Shown here: one piece after another, positions 33,792 through 47,354 of the stretch | Position numbering within the stretch: position 1 is the first letter of the stretch | How the letters are laid out: each line of letters starts with the position of its first letter | From: Vitrella brassicaformis CCMP3155 | Lineage: Eukaryota > Protista > Chromerida | DNA: 64,000 nt | Assembly: GCA_001179505.1 (NCBI GenBank) | Contig: CDMY01000401.1 | Span: forward strand, 1 to 64,000 | Direction of reading: 5' to 3' | Translations under genes and position numbers: made by a program | The notes under the pieces: generated by a model | Databases searched by the model: none | The model's input: the letters and a program-made list of their open reading frames with translations, nothing else | What the model was told of the DNA's origin: nothing

Positions 33792-35572
33792 TCACGTGCC
33801 AGCGGTCACACATCGGTGCTCCACCGACACACCTCTGCAGCGACTTCGCATCAGCTCAGCCAAGAGACCAACCACAGAGCACGACGGCTCTGCAGCCGTG
33901 AAGTCACTCACCACCACCCGTTTCACATTTGGATACACACTCTTGACCAACACCGGCGGTACAAACCGAAATGGCTCGTAAGGGATGTCGATCTCGACGG
34001 TCCTCGCCGCATCGAAACACAGCGATGTGTCTCCCACCGACTGCAGTGCGTGGAGCGCGAAGGCGTCTTGATGGTGCTGTGTGGACGGCCGCACACACTT
34101 GATGCACAGACAAGATGCAGTTCGGGCGAGCTGACGAATGGCCTGATGAGACACACACGGGTGGTTAGTGGGGACGCATACCGACCAATAACTCTTACTG
34201 TGTGGACGAAGGGGCGCCAAGGAATGGGGACGTTGAGGTCGTCCAGGAACTGCAGGTGAATGCGGTTGACGGACAGATGGATGGGGACAGCCCGCAGGAG
34301 GCATCCCAGCTCGAACAGCACCTCAGGGGTGGGCGAAAAGTCACCAATATCGAAGGCCAGGTCAGCCAGATTCGCCTCTTTCGCCCGCAGCGCGTCCAGG
34401 AGGAGAGCCGGCGGCATTCTATCATACCGCCTCCCTCGCTCATCCACACCAAATGGGGTGACGAAGGTGTACACGAACAGTCGGCGTAGGTGTCTCAGGG
34501 AGGGGACGTTGCTCAGCACGATCGCCAGTGCCCGCATGTCGCACCAGAAGATATGAATGGACTCCACTGCCTCAGTACCGGCGAGCCATCCACTGATCCA
34601 CTCCACGTCCTTGGCCTCGCACTCATGGATCTTGAGGGACTTGAGATGTGGAAGCTGCCATCCGCCGGGGACCTCCATGCCTCCTTTGACAATCTCCACA
34701 CCCTCCAGGCGGCTGAACACCAGCTGCTGGTGCGTCTCTCCTCCACGTTTCTGCCCAGTCGACCTGTTTTGTATCTTCAACTCGCGCAGCGTCTTGGCTG
34801 AAGCTTCGACAAGGCGCAAGGCTGATGGTGTGCCGCTCCCTGGTCCGTCTATGGTGATGCTCGCCGAGGTCAGGCATGTCATGCGGCCCTCCCAATGCGC
34901 CAGCTGCGTCCCTGTCATGGCCAGTGACCTCGAGAGGTTGAGAGCCGAGAAGGCCGCTGGCTGCTGCAGCATCGAGGCGACAGGGCAGCAAAGGATGGCC
35001 AGTTGGATGGTCTCCTCGGTGGGCAGGAAGGCGAATATCGCTGCAAGCAAGTCAAGCGGGCAGGCAAGGAAACTCCCGTCGCCACCATTGCCGTGGTGCC
35101 GAGTCGCCGTCAAGTCAACCGTTGATGGAAGGGGCTTCGAAGGGGAGTCGTTGGTTTGGGCCGGTGCTGGGACGCTTCCTGGTTGCCCCTCGGTTCCAAG
35201 CAACAGGGGGGGCTCGGGCGGAGGCCTTCCCCCCGGGGGACTCCACAGGGTCGAAGGGAAGACCAAGCCCTCCAATTCAAACGTCGACAGACTTGAACGC
35301 CCTGTCCTCTGCAGGAAAAGGGCAGACATAGCAAGAAAAGGACAGCAGATGGCGGAGAGCTCTCACTCGTCGTCTTTGCCATTCTCTTGCTCGCCGCTTA
35401 CAATCAGCTCTCTCAGCCGTCGGTTCTCTTTGCGCAGCTCCTCATTCTCGCGAAGGAGGATACCTGCGGAAAGGCTCCCCATCGCGGGAGCGAGCAAACC
35501 AACGCGCTTTTTCAGATCGGAACGGCTAACCGTCCGCGCTGCGAGCTCTTGGCCACCCAATTCGTGACTCAT
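33792..35572 (-). CDS. F-box protein with LRR-like repeats (lineage-expanded type)
   Basis: F-box-like LACPLDLLAAIFAFLPTEETIQLA, followed by LRELKI, LEGVEI, LPHLKSLKI and LRHLRRLFV repeats in the 468-aa ORF. Short coiled-coil first exon (donor att|gtaagc). Both ends approximate. Confidence 0.6.
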
Positions 35573-35594
35573 GGAGCAGGAGTAGGGCAGCGGG

Positions 35595-38500
35595 ATGAGT
35601 GCGGGCGAGGTGCCACATCGCGATAGCTGCTTGTCAGCATGCCGCGTCATCGAAGACTGCCACCGCCAGGACGAGGCTGGTGTGTTCATCGACGCCGACT
35701 TGGGTAGATCTGTGTGGCAGGAGTACCAGGAGCAGGCCAGCATATTCGACGTGAGGAAGACCGGCGTGGCCGTGCCGCAGGAGTTCATCGTCAACCGGGA
35801 TGACGACGACCGGCGAGGCGCCGGCAGGAAGGGCTGCTACGGCATCTTCCCACGTAAGAACGGCACATGCACGACGCAGGGAGGCTAATCTCTTCACATG
35901 CATGCCATGGTGTGTTCGATTTCAGAGATCCAGAACTGTTTCCGCGGCGTGGACAATGGCATGCGCTTCTGGAACTACACGGGCCTCACCAACCAAAGAG
36001 AAGGTACGGCACACACCACACGTGAAGGAAAATCTATAGATGAAGACCTCCCTCCTTCATGTCTGTTCTCCTCCTGTCAATCATGCAGTGGTTCAGTGCT
36101 ACGGCCTGTCCGAGTCCATTGCCGACGGTCCGGTGTTGGCCGCCGACCTCGTGCGCCCGAAGGCCTCCTTCCAGCGGCAGTGGCAGGGCGAGGACTGGAT
36201 TCTCGTCGCCGCCACGGCGCATTGGCTGACTTTCCACCATCTACGGGTCATCATGGTCTACCCCGGGGAAAGTGTCACGCGGTCATCGGTCGGCTACGTG
36301 CCGCCCAAGGTGGTGGGGCGGCTGGATATCAGAGAGCTGGAACAGTATCGGACTCACACTGGTGAATCTGGGAGGGAGGGAGGGAGGGAGGGAGTGCTTG
36401 CTGTGTGGGCGTGTAGGTGTTTGTTTGTCTGTGCGCGAGTGCCTGTCTGCAGACAAGGAGGAAACATACACGGTGGTCAAGGCACACCAGGCGAGCGGGC
36501 GCATCTTTGTCGGAGGTGAGATAACGGCCAGCAAACGACACATAGACGTACACACACACGCAATCCGATGTGCACTTGTTTCCGTGTCTGTCTGTGCCTC
36601 GCTAGGCTCTCGGGGTCACGTCTACGAGTGCGACTATGAGCGGCAGAAGCTCATACCCCTGGAGCTGTCGGTGCTCGACTACACCCCCGGTGCGGCGGCA
36701 CGGAAGACCTTCGTGCAGCTGGGCAAGCTCGCCAACGTCTTCTACCAGGAGGTCAGGCAGATGGCCGTGGACGAGGCCCGAGGGCTGCTCTATGTGCTCA
36801 CCGCCGACTCGTGGATACGGGTGTTCCACATCCCGCCCCACGCCCCCTCCACCATCGCATACGAGCGCGACATCGGCATCCCCTATGTCGAGCCGCCGCG
36901 TGCGCAGGGGACCGTTGGGAAACCGCCGGCGACTGTGTTGTCAGGTGGGTGGGGACAGACAGATGGGCGTGCGTACGTGGTGGATGAGATTCTTTGCCTT
37001 TGTGTGTCTGTGTGTGTATGTGTGTGTGTGTGGATATCAGTGACGGTGTCGCCTCACTCCGTTGACGATCGTGTGCGGACACTGCGGACCCACCGTGACC
37101 TGGCTGCGCTCAACCGACAGGACGGGCAGACCACTCACAGCAGGAGGTCCGTCCTACCGGTAAGCAGAGACTCGTCAAGTGCATCTGCCTGCCTGCCTGC
37201 CTGCCTGCCTATGTGTGCGCGTGTGCGTGTGTGTGCTGCAGATAGTGCACGTGGAGCCGTTGAGCCCCACCGAGGGACAGAAGCTCCTGTTCTTTGCCGT
37301 CACACACGATGGTCAGTCAGCACGCCAGCCATTTTGGCAAGCGCGTCTCACCTTTGGTCTCTGTTCCTGCCTTCCCTCCCTCAGGCCACCGTCTGTTCTT
37401 CATGGGGCGGTTTGGCTCTTCACCCTTCACACCCATCCAGATCGGCAAACCCAACCCGCCCACACCGGCCATGTCAGGACAATGCACACACACACACACA
37501 CACATATATGTCGTGTGTGTAATGATTCAGTCGTTATGAAGGCCCCGTGAGTGTGGAGCTGTCCAAGATCCACCTACCCCCAAGGGACTCATCCATCAAA
37601 GTCAAAGACGTCTTCTACGCAAAGGTCACACGCAAACAGACACACGGAGACGAGGAATCCCATGCAGCAGACCCCCGACTGCCCCTCCCTCCCTCCCTCC
37701 CTCTCCGTGTTTCAGGGAGCTTCTCTCATAGTGTCCGAGTGCCCGCCATCCGCCTCAATCGCAGCAGCCGCTGCGGCCGCCCAGCTGTCACCCCAGCAGC
37801 CCCTCGCTCCACCCCCCAGCCTCTTCGGGCAGCAGGGCCCCTCTCCATTCGCCCAACAGCCGCCCCACCGCACCGCCATGCCGCAGTTCCAGGGCCGAGC
37901 GGGCGACCAGCAGAGGCAGCCACAACAACAACAGCAGCAGCGGCCGCCGCCATCGCCTCCGCTATCCCCGTCTGGCGGCAGTGACCGCGATCGGCAGGCC
38001 ACCCGCACTGCACCCCAGAGTGGCCGGTTTGGGTCGCTTCTGGGGAGGTTTGGTGTGGGCGAGAGGCGCGGTGATGCAGCCGACAGGCATCTCATGTTTG
38101 GCCGGAAGAACAACGGGCTGGTGGGGATTGCTGTCGACATGAGGCACGTGGCGCAGAAACGAAGCGCGTAAGGATGGATGAAAGAGATGGAGAGAGGGAG
38201 GGGACATCCTGAGGCTATGTGGTGGTCGTTAGTTGTGCGATCCATTTCATCTGTCAGTGGCTTGGTGACTGGCCGGGTGTCGGACAGCGACCATCTGCAG
38301 GAGACCTCAGACCTCATGGACGCCACGCAGAAGAGCATTGCACCACTCGACGCAGGATGGTCAGACACCCACAACCACACCCGCAACCACACCCCCTCTC
38401 TCCCTCCCTCACCCTTGTGTCTGTCCATTCATTTTGCCTTTCTGCTTCTTTCTTTCAGGGAGGTGTTGGCCGGCTCGGTGGTCGTCCCGGCGACCGAGTG

Positions 38501-39838
38501 CATCAGCTATGAGCTTCCTCACATAGCCAGCCTCTACTCATGGGCGCCCATGTACCTCGACCCATACAACACCACTCGGCGGCTGGAGTTCCACCCCCGC
38601 CCCCCCGGCAGCGTCCAGCAGCAGCCCCGCTCAGGCACGCCATTTGCCGCCAGCATGACGCGAGTACCAGGCCCACCGATGGCCCTCCCTGACCTGACGA
38701 CCCAGCAGTTCCTGCCAGGGATGTCGTTCGTCATTGTGTCGAACAGCGAGGTGCTGCACGTGACTAAGACGAGGCCGATCGACCAGCTGGCGCACCTGAT
38801 GGTCAACGTGAGTCTGCAGCCGCCCGCCGCGGCCATGGTGCCGGGCTACGTGTACGGGCCGCCGATGCAGCAGGACTTCCAGCAGTTCTACAACACCTAC
38901 TCGCCCGAACAGACGTGCGCCATGCTCTGGCAGCTGCTGTGCGAGTGGCACCGGTCGGCCGCAGACATGGGCCTCCTGCGGACGCCGCCGCGCTCGCCAC
39001 ACGCGGCCTCGGTGGGTCAGGGGCTCCATTATGTCTCGCCCCTGACATGTGTGAGCGTCCCTGGCGTGAGGGGGCTGGGTGGCGGTGCGGACCAGAGGGT
39101 GCTGGAGGTGCTGAGGCGGAACCTGATGACGGTGCTCCTGTCTCCCGTCTATCGCATGTTCCACCAGTTCACCGTCCACCACTCCTTCTCGACAGGTAGG
39201 TCAGAGAGTGAGTGACCGGACCGACCTGGTGTGTGTTGGTGTATCAATCCCTCCCTCCCTCGCTCCCTCTGTCCCCCCCTCTCTCTCCTGGTGTCTGCCT
39301 GCAGACCGCGGTCGCGACGACAAGTCCCCCTCCGGCGTGCTCAACATGGGCCAGGGCACCTACTCGGCGCGGCTCAAGGGCCTCTACATCTACGCTTCCC
39401 GGCTGCTGCGAGCGATATGGGACGCCCCCCTCTTCCAGGTGGCCAAGGAGGGCGCCATGGGCATCGCGGTGCAGCCGACGGACAGGCCGGAGCCGGGCGA
39501 TGACTCCCCAACACAAAAGAAAGGTGACCAAGCGACAGGGAGAGGGGAGGTGGCAAGGAACCGATGCGCCTGGGTGATCGTTGTGGCTTGCAGATACGGA
39601 GTGGGAGCGCTTCTGGGGCGCGACATTCAAGAGGCGGCGTCGGACGGTCGGGTGGCTCGGTGGGGTGGGGTACTATGGCGAGCATGACGACTTAGTGGAG
39701 GGCCGGTTCCTCCCCTCCCTCACCCCCACTTTCACACCACGCCAGAGGCAGCACCTCCAGGCACAGCTCACCAACCTCGCAAATGTGAGTGACCGCGTGA
39801 ATGAATGGGCACGCAGACACCGCCCTCACCGAATGGTG

Positions 39839-39869
<31 letters not shown>

Positions 39870-41897
39870 TCGTCGGCCGTTCAGGTGATCCGTGAGAATC
39901 GTCAGGGCCTGGAGGCCACCCCGCCCCCCAACGGCTCCGTGCTGCCCTATGGCATGCCCCCGCCGCAGCACCAGGCCAACCCCTTCGTGACGTCCTTCTA
40001 CACCAGCACGGCGACAGGCGGCACCCACCAGAGCGGCAGGACACACCGCCACCACCACCTGCCGAGGGACAGGGAGAGAGAGAGGGTCAGCGGCGGCACC
40101 ACCACCGCCCCCGTGCAGCCCCCACACGAGTTTGAGCTTCTGGTGAGAGAAAGAGACGACACGACGGCAAGGCGAGAGGGGTTCAGGCAAATGTGTGTGT
40201 GTGTCTGTGTGTGTGTGTGTGTGTGTATGCAGGAGGGTCTGTTGGCCACGTTGGACTCGGCGATTGGTGTGTTGAACTTCTGCGACATCTTCGATGCGCC
40301 GCAGCAGGATCGGGCCCTCACCCCAGCCACGTTCAACCGGCTCGCAGACACCACATTCAAAGACATGTGAGAGCGCACACCAACCACGCACACACCCCCA
40401 CTCTCACACGCCCAAACACTCCCCTGTCTGTGTGTGTGTGTGTTTAGGATCATGCCATCAGTGCGCCCGCCGCCCCCCGCTCCCCAGGCGGCCCCCACGC
40501 AAGCACCGTATCCCTACCCGGCTGGGGGCCAGACAGGCGGCGGCCCAGACAGGAAGCGGCAGGCGACTACAGATACCGAAGGCAGGAGGGCGGATGGCCG
40601 TCGGGGTGGTGTGGACGGCAGCAGGGCGCGTGAAGGAGGTGCGGGTCCTTTGGGTGGTGTGGTGGGTGAGGGCGTAGCGGACCTGCTGCAGCAGCTGGTG
40701 CTGGAGCGGGTCGTCGACCAGAACGAGCTCAGGAACAGATGCCCGACGCTCTACACGTACCCAGGGAGCCGTGCACTCATGTCCACTCAAACATCGTTCG
40801 TTGCACATCTCTGTCTGTCGTCTGTCCTCTATGTATGTCTGTGTTGCTGCCTGCAGTCAGCTTGACGCCGACGAGCAGGAGATCTACCTCTGTCTGGCAG
40901 CGGCCAAGGAGCACTTCGCTCGGTGGGAGAGGGAGGGCCGGCCGTCGGGCGACACCAGCAAGATGGGCAGCCTGCAGCAGTGGGCCGGCGAGGTCAATCA
41001 AGCAGAGAGGGTCATCAAGAAACACCTCCCCAACCCCGAATTCGACATCAAGACACTCCTGCGCAAAGCGGAGGCCGCTAAGGCTGTCAGGTGAGCAGAG
41101 AGAGAGAGAGAGAGAGTGACACCGATGAGCACATAGAGAGGCTGTGTGCAAGGATGTGTGTGTGTGTGTGTGTGTCCTCCCTCCTAAAGGCTGTTCATCA
41201 CGATGGCCTGCGAGCGGGCCAAGGCACTGGACCAGCACGGCGTCACGGCGAGGCCTTCGCCGCCATCCGCACCCACCGAACCACGAGTCGAACAGATCTA
41301 CAGGGCAAAGTGAGCCACCATTACCACCACACACACCGCCACCGCCACCCGTGCCTGTCTCCACCCACGCAGAGAGGACTGCTACAGCGCCATTCTCTCC
41401 CTCTTGGAGGAGCGCGTCCTCGTCCCGGGCGACCGCTGCATCTACTACCCCGACGAACTCATGATCGACTTCGGCGCCAAAGCCAAACGCAAACCTGTCC
41501 GTATGACGGCACCGGTCGCCGACCAGCCTGCTGCTGCTGCGGCGGCGGCGGCGGCGGATACTGGGGGATGGGGGGCGTGGTTCCGCGGCACGGCTGCTGG
41601 TGGGGGGAAACGGAAGCATGAGGCCACAGGTAAGGAAAACTCGAAGGGAGCCCAATCAAGGGCGGTCGATGTGTGTGTGTGTGTGTGTGGTGTGTGTTGT
41701 GGATGCAGGTGTGTCAGTGTCTGAGGAGCGTGTTGCGTGTGTGGATCGGTGCCGCCACATGGTGCAGTACTGCCTGCGCGAGTCGGCCGACTCTCAGCTG
41801 CACGTCATGCTCTTCAAGTGGATCATCAGACAGCAGCAACATGGTGCGGTGGGTGCGCACGTGTGCCTCACCGACCGCCATCAAACCCTCTCGCTTC

Positions 41898-41938
<41 letters not shown>

Positions 41939-44535
41939 TGTGTGCGTGTGTGTGCAGGTCTGCATCTGCATGAGCTGGACTCCCCCTACCTGGCTCAGTG
42001 GCTGCTGGGACTAATGGAGCAGAGGACACAGACCCACAGGGAACGACAGCAGGGGAGACCACCCGCTGCTGCCCCTAGTGGTGGCGACACGGCCGGCGCT
42101 GCGGAGGGCGAGGCGGTGCTCAAGAGCATCCCGCCCGACGAACTCGCCAAGTACTACAGCCGCACCGGGCTCTTCGCAGAGGCAAGTGGACTGGACAGCC
42201 TCATGGCGTGTCTGCCCGGATTCACATCACACTGATCCACTTGATGGTGTGCTCACACAGGCGTGCGCGTGCTACATGAACCTGGCCATCTCCCCCTGGC
42301 CCACACGTGACATCGAGCCCTCCTTTCTCGCCGCCGAGACGGGCGACTCATGGCCGCCACAGCATGTCAATCCCAGCGATTGGAACGTCCCCGCCCCCCA
42401 TATCGACAGCACCACCACCGTCGACCAGCTTCTCGCCAATATCGATGCAGCCCACTTCCCCTCACTTGCCGACCGCGGCAAATTTGCGGTGGAGGCCAGC
42501 AGCTACTGGGAGAGGGCCAGAGAGCAGGGGCAGGCCGGCCGGGGAGGCGTGAGCGTTGTGGCGGGTGGTGGTGGTGGTGTGGGAGGCGGCGGCCTCACTG
42601 GGCAGGTGCCGCGAGTGGGGTCGTCGAAGCTGCTGAACCGGTGGGAGCGCGACAACTGCCAGATGGCCTACAAGACGGTAAGCCAGTGGCAGGGGGCCAT
42701 CCATACGGCTTGGACTCTCGTGTAATGTAACATGCTGTGTGATCGTTGGCTTTGGGTGGGGTGGATGGTTGTGTGCAGGTGATGCTGCAGAGCACCATGC
42801 TGGCGGAGATGAAGGAAAACCTCCGGGAGCTCCTCGACGACGCCAAGACGCATCTCAACTCTGACGGCACAAGGGTGAGCCGCACCCCCCTCCCCCCCGT
42901 CCCCTCCCCCTTGTGCACTCTCTCTCTCTCTCTCTCCCTGTGTGTGTGTGTGGTATTCCTTCCAGCAGGCGTCCAGCAGCCATCGCACGGACATCCACCG
43001 CACCCTGCTCGGTGCCCACGGCGTGCAGCAGTCGCTGCGGAACGCCGCGCACCTGCAGCTGCTGGCGTGGAACCTTGGGCTCTACTGGAGCTTGCTGCAG
43101 ATGCTGCGCATAGAGCAGTGGCCAGACGACGGCCAGGAGCGGGTCGTATTCCTTGTCCGGGTGAGCTCAGCTGAGCTGAGAGGCAGGCAGGCAGGCAGCC
43201 ATACAGGGAGAGAGGGAGGGGTGATTGTATGCCTGTGTTGGGGTGACCGGCTGACCTTCCTCTCTCTCTCTGTGTGTGTGTGGATGGTATGGCCAGCATC
43301 TGATGGATCAGGCCATTCGCCGGGCGCTCAAGTCGGGCAACGAAAATGTCGTCACCGAGCTCGTAAGCCCAGAGAGACAGGCGACGACTAATGCCATCCA
43401 TCCCTCCATCCATCCATCCATCTGTTGTCCATGAACCACCACTTAGGTAGAGCGTCTGTGTTCCAGCTTCTCGCCCACAGCCGACTCCGCCACAGCCAGC
43501 CAGCGCGTGTGGCAGGCGGCGCTGCCAATCGTCGTGCTCAAGCTGACGGACTACGCCTATTCGGCGCGCACGAGCGTCGGGGGGCCGTATTGGTGGTGGT
43601 GGCCGGTGCGCGTGCTGTGGGGGCCACAGGCCAACCAGTCGGTCAACGAGCTGTGCGCTGAGGGGCTGCCGACTTTCAGATTTCCTCACCTGACCGTCTG
43701 CCATGCACTCAGAAATGTGAGCCAGTGCATGGGCAGGAGACGAACACGAGACCGATGCATGTGTCTGTGTATGTTTGTGTGTGGATGGTTGCAGGACATG
43801 GTGAGGGGCGAGATCAGGAAGCTGACCAACCCTGACGGCAGGACGGCCTACGACTACCCCGCCCTCCTGCGATTCCACGTGCTCAAGCACCTCCTGGACA
43901 TCATCACCAAGGCACTCGAGCGGAGCCGCGTGCTGGCCGTCCACCACCGTCCGGGCGACACCCAGCGGTTCGTCAACGACATCAACGCGGCGCATACGGA
44001 GATCAAGGACCTGTGCGACAGCCGCCCCAACCTGCAAAACATCGCCCATTCCATCATCGACCACCAGGCCCTCCCGACGCTGCTGCGGCAGGTGGGCGAG
44101 CTGGCGCGTGAGGCCAACCGCGGCCGCATCAACCAGCCCAGCAGCCACTACTACCAGCCACACATCCCTCCTCGCGTGAGCGTGCCGCCTCCGTCCTCCG
44201 GGGTCTCGTCTTCCCCTCGGTCCCATCTACCCGTCGGTGCCGGGCTGGGAATGGCGGCCCCCAGCTATGCTCAGCAGCGAGATACCAGTGTGTCGCGTGC
44301 GCCCTTTGGCCGTCAACCCCAGGCCCCTGGACCATCACCGCCAGGAGCAGCAGCTGCTGCGGCTGCTGCTGCGGCTGGAGGGGGCGGTTTGGGGATGGGG
44401 CGTGATAGCTACGACCGCTCAGAGCCGCCGACTCTGCGGCCACCGGTTCCGGCGAGTGGTTATGGCGGGCCTGGTCGGGCGAGTATGCGCCCGGAGGAGT
44501 CGGTTTCTTGGAGGGTGGGGCACGCCTATCGGTAG
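35595..44535 (+). CDS. NUP155: Nucleoporin Nup155/Nup170
   Basis: GIFP|EIQNCFRGVDNGMRFWNY; LVRPK; GRIFVGG...VYECDY; MAVDEARGLLYVL; AVTHDG; YSARLKGLYIYASRLLRAIWD; LHVMLFKWII; LDSPYLAQWL; LAKYY...FAEA. About 9 kb, many introns. Confidence 0.92.
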
Positions 44536-45842
44536 GCAGACCAGATCAGGTGTGTGAATGAATCTGAACGTTCGTGTGCCGACCGACCGACCTTACACAC
44601 CCTCCCTCTCTTCATGACTTCGTGTCTGTCGTTGGCTGGCAATATACGATTAGTTTACAGCTCGGTGTTATGCATGTCAGTCGTCCATGGCACGCCACAC
44701 GGCACACGCAGCAACAAATGCACCACCCGTTCGTTCTCATGCACTCAGTAGCCATGCCATCAGGCAGGCAGTGGTGTCCTGCCATGTGTGGGGCACACAC
44801 ACGCGCACACAAACAGAGAGAGAGAGAGAGAGGCACGGCACGCACTACACACAGGTCGTCCACCCTCTCTGTCTCTCTGACGAGAAGGCCATCACACATA
44901 CAAGTACACTCGTCCACTCACTGCACACGGTCGATCGGTCAGCTCGTGAGCCACCTGGGTCTCTGCTCACTCGCACCCAGCCAGCCATCGACGCTCACAC
45001 ACACAGACACACACAGAGAGGAAGACAAGACAAGACAGACATCCGCACTCACACGCACACCAGGCTAACCACAAATCCACACACAAACACACACACACTC
45101 AGACACGTTTGAACGTGCAGCATACTCTCTCTCTCTCTCTCTGTTGCGTCCTCTGCGTCCTTTCTGTCCGCCCACCATCCACCCTACACATGCCATCCAT
45201 CAGCCATTCGACGACGCCACACAGACAGACACAAACACAGCCATGGGTGGAGGGTGGAGGAAGGGATGCCAAAACGGTACGGACATCACACACAATGACA
45301 AACGTACGCAACAACAAAACGGGAGAGAGGGAGAGAGGGACACGGAGGGAGGCAAGGCATAGCTAGCACGGCACGGCACGGCACGGCAGCCAACCGATAA
45401 ACTATGTGCCAGCCTGGGCAAGGAGCATTCGTTACACAAGACTGACAGACAGACAGAGAGGTCATGACCACCCCACCTGGCAAACAAAAAACACCACTCA
45501 CGATCGAAGACCGCCTCTTCTTCAGCCATGCGACTAACCACTCCCCCTCTCGTCTCGTCCCCTCTGCCCCTCCCTCTCCCGGCTCCCCACCCACCCACCC
45601 ACCCACCCATCCGAGTGGGTCGCCTCGCCCAGCGTATGAATGCTCGCACGTAGTGAGTGGTACATACAATACAGACAGACAGGGCACTAATACACACTCA
45701 CACTTAAATTAAGCCTCCCTCCCTCGCTCCATTCATCGCTCTCCCTTGATTGATGCACAAACAAACATACACACATACAAACCAGCAACCCTCCACCTCT
45801 TCCCGCCTCGAGGCCCACGATGAATGGGGTCGTCATGTCTTC

Positions 45843-47354
45843 TCACCCGCGGCGTCTCTCCCTCTCCCTCTCCGTGCGAATCTTGTCCCGCACGACATTG
45901 GCCAAATCGCTAATCGACGAACTCCTTAACGCCAAGTCGCTAAGCGCCGCACCCCGGCTGCCGTCGCCCCACAGCTCCATCAGACGCTTATAATCCTCCT
46001 CGCTGAGATGCGACTCCAGGCGCTTCAGCTTGTCAAACACGGACGAGGACATCATGGCCATCGGGAGCACCGCCAGCTCATCTGCAGCGATGGTCGCGGC
46101 GGCATCCTTGGCTCGCTGTGGCGATGCTGACAGGGGTGGTGGTGGTGTGGACCGATTGGACGCGGCGTCGGCTGATGATGTGTTCAGAGGGGTGCTCGTG
46201 GTGGGATGGACCACGCCAGTGACGCATGGCGATCGCTTCTCCTCAGGGATGGTCGGGAGGCCCTTGCTGCCGCCCTGCTGATGACCTTCCCCCCTCCCTT
46301 TGTCAGCGCTGTCCCCACTGCCGCCGTCATTAGCCGACTGCGGCGAGAAGGGCACAGATGGCTTCGGCGAGGGTTGCTTGGGGCGACTCGCTGGAGGGTC
46401 GCGTGCTGGCAGCTGACGGAGGGCCTTCTGCAGCTGGAGCACGAAGTCCTCCTTGGCTGGCTTCACAGGGAGGTGCTGCGAGGCGACGGCAGCACGGTCG
46501 CGCCAGACGTGGATGTACCCAGGCTCTGTGACACACACACACACACACACACAAACCAAAGTGCAATAAAGGTGTTGTCTTCTGCGTGCGGTGTGCGGTT
46601 CGGTGCGTGGTACCTCCAGGTTTGGGCGTGTTGGTCTCCTGCTGCTGCTTGAGAGCCTGAAGCGCCTGCTGATAGCCTGACACACACACATGACACACCC
46701 GACAGTTCTATCGAACGGTGAGGCACCTTTCCCATGTGTGTGGCTTGGTCGCTTACGGCTGCAGAGGTACTGCCTGCCCTTCTTGACGCTAAAGGACCCC
46801 TCCCTCTCCCTCCGGCCCCTCCCATGCTGCTGCACGCCACCCTCGCCACCGCCACCCACACCCACACCCTCACTCGTCGTCGCAGCAGCAGCTGCACCGG
46901 CACCAACACCCGCAGTCGCGTTATACGTCGTCACACCGCCACTCGATGCCGACTGCCCCCCGCCGCCTCCCTCTCTCCCCTCTCTTCTCGGCGGGCCGGA
47001 GTTGGGCGTCTTGAAGTACTGAATGGGCGCGAAGTCGCCTCGCTGCTGCGGCAACCCGTTGTGCATCATCCCGTAGGCCCTGAGGCTGAGGCTTCGGGTG
47101 AGGGCCACGTCAGACCCGCCCATCCGCCGTGGGCTCTCGCTGAGCAGCATGTTGACGTCAAAGGGGGTTGAGGCCGCCTGGACGAAGGGAGGTGTTGTCT
47201 GCCGGTTGGCCGCGAGCATCGGGCTGTGGCTGTGGCTGTGGCTATGGGTGTAGGTGTGTGTAGCGTGTGAGGGTGAGCCTGAGGCAGCAGTGTGGTCCCG
47301 GCGGGAGGAGTGGGTGTAGCTGGTGGCCGGGTGCGCTGGCAGGTAGGTCGCCAT
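45843..47354 (-). CDS. Hypothetical low-complexity protein with short helical C-terminal segment
   Basis: Exons join in phase (LCSR|YQQALQALKQQQ...PG|EPGYIHVW). C-terminus FDKLKRLESHLSEEDYKRLMELW. Start uncertain. Confidence 0.55.
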   Translation of the reverse strand: MATYLPAHPATSYTHSSRRDHTAASGSPSHATHTYTHSHSHSHSPMLAANRQTTPPFVQAASTPFDVNMLLSESPRRMGGSDVALTRSLSLRAYGMMHNGLPQQRGDFAPIQYFKTPNSGPPRREGREGGGGGQSASSGGVTTYNATAGVGAGAAAAATTSEGVGVGGGGEGGVQQHGRGRREREGSFSVKKGRQYLCSRKRPSHTHGKGASPFDRTVGCVMCVCQAISRRFRLSSSSRRPTRPNLEVPRTEPHTARRRQHLYCTLVCVCVCVCVTEPGYIHVWRDRAAVASQHLPVKPAKEDFVLQLQKALRQLPARDPPASRPKQPSPKPSVPFSPQSANDGGSGDSADKGRGEGHQQGGSKGLPTIPEEKRSPCVTGVVHPTTSTPLNTSSADAASNRSTPPPPLSASPQRAKDAAATIAADELAVLPMAMMSSSVFDKLKRLESHLSEEDYKRLMELWGDGSRGAALSDLALRSSSISDLANVVRDKIRTERERERRRG

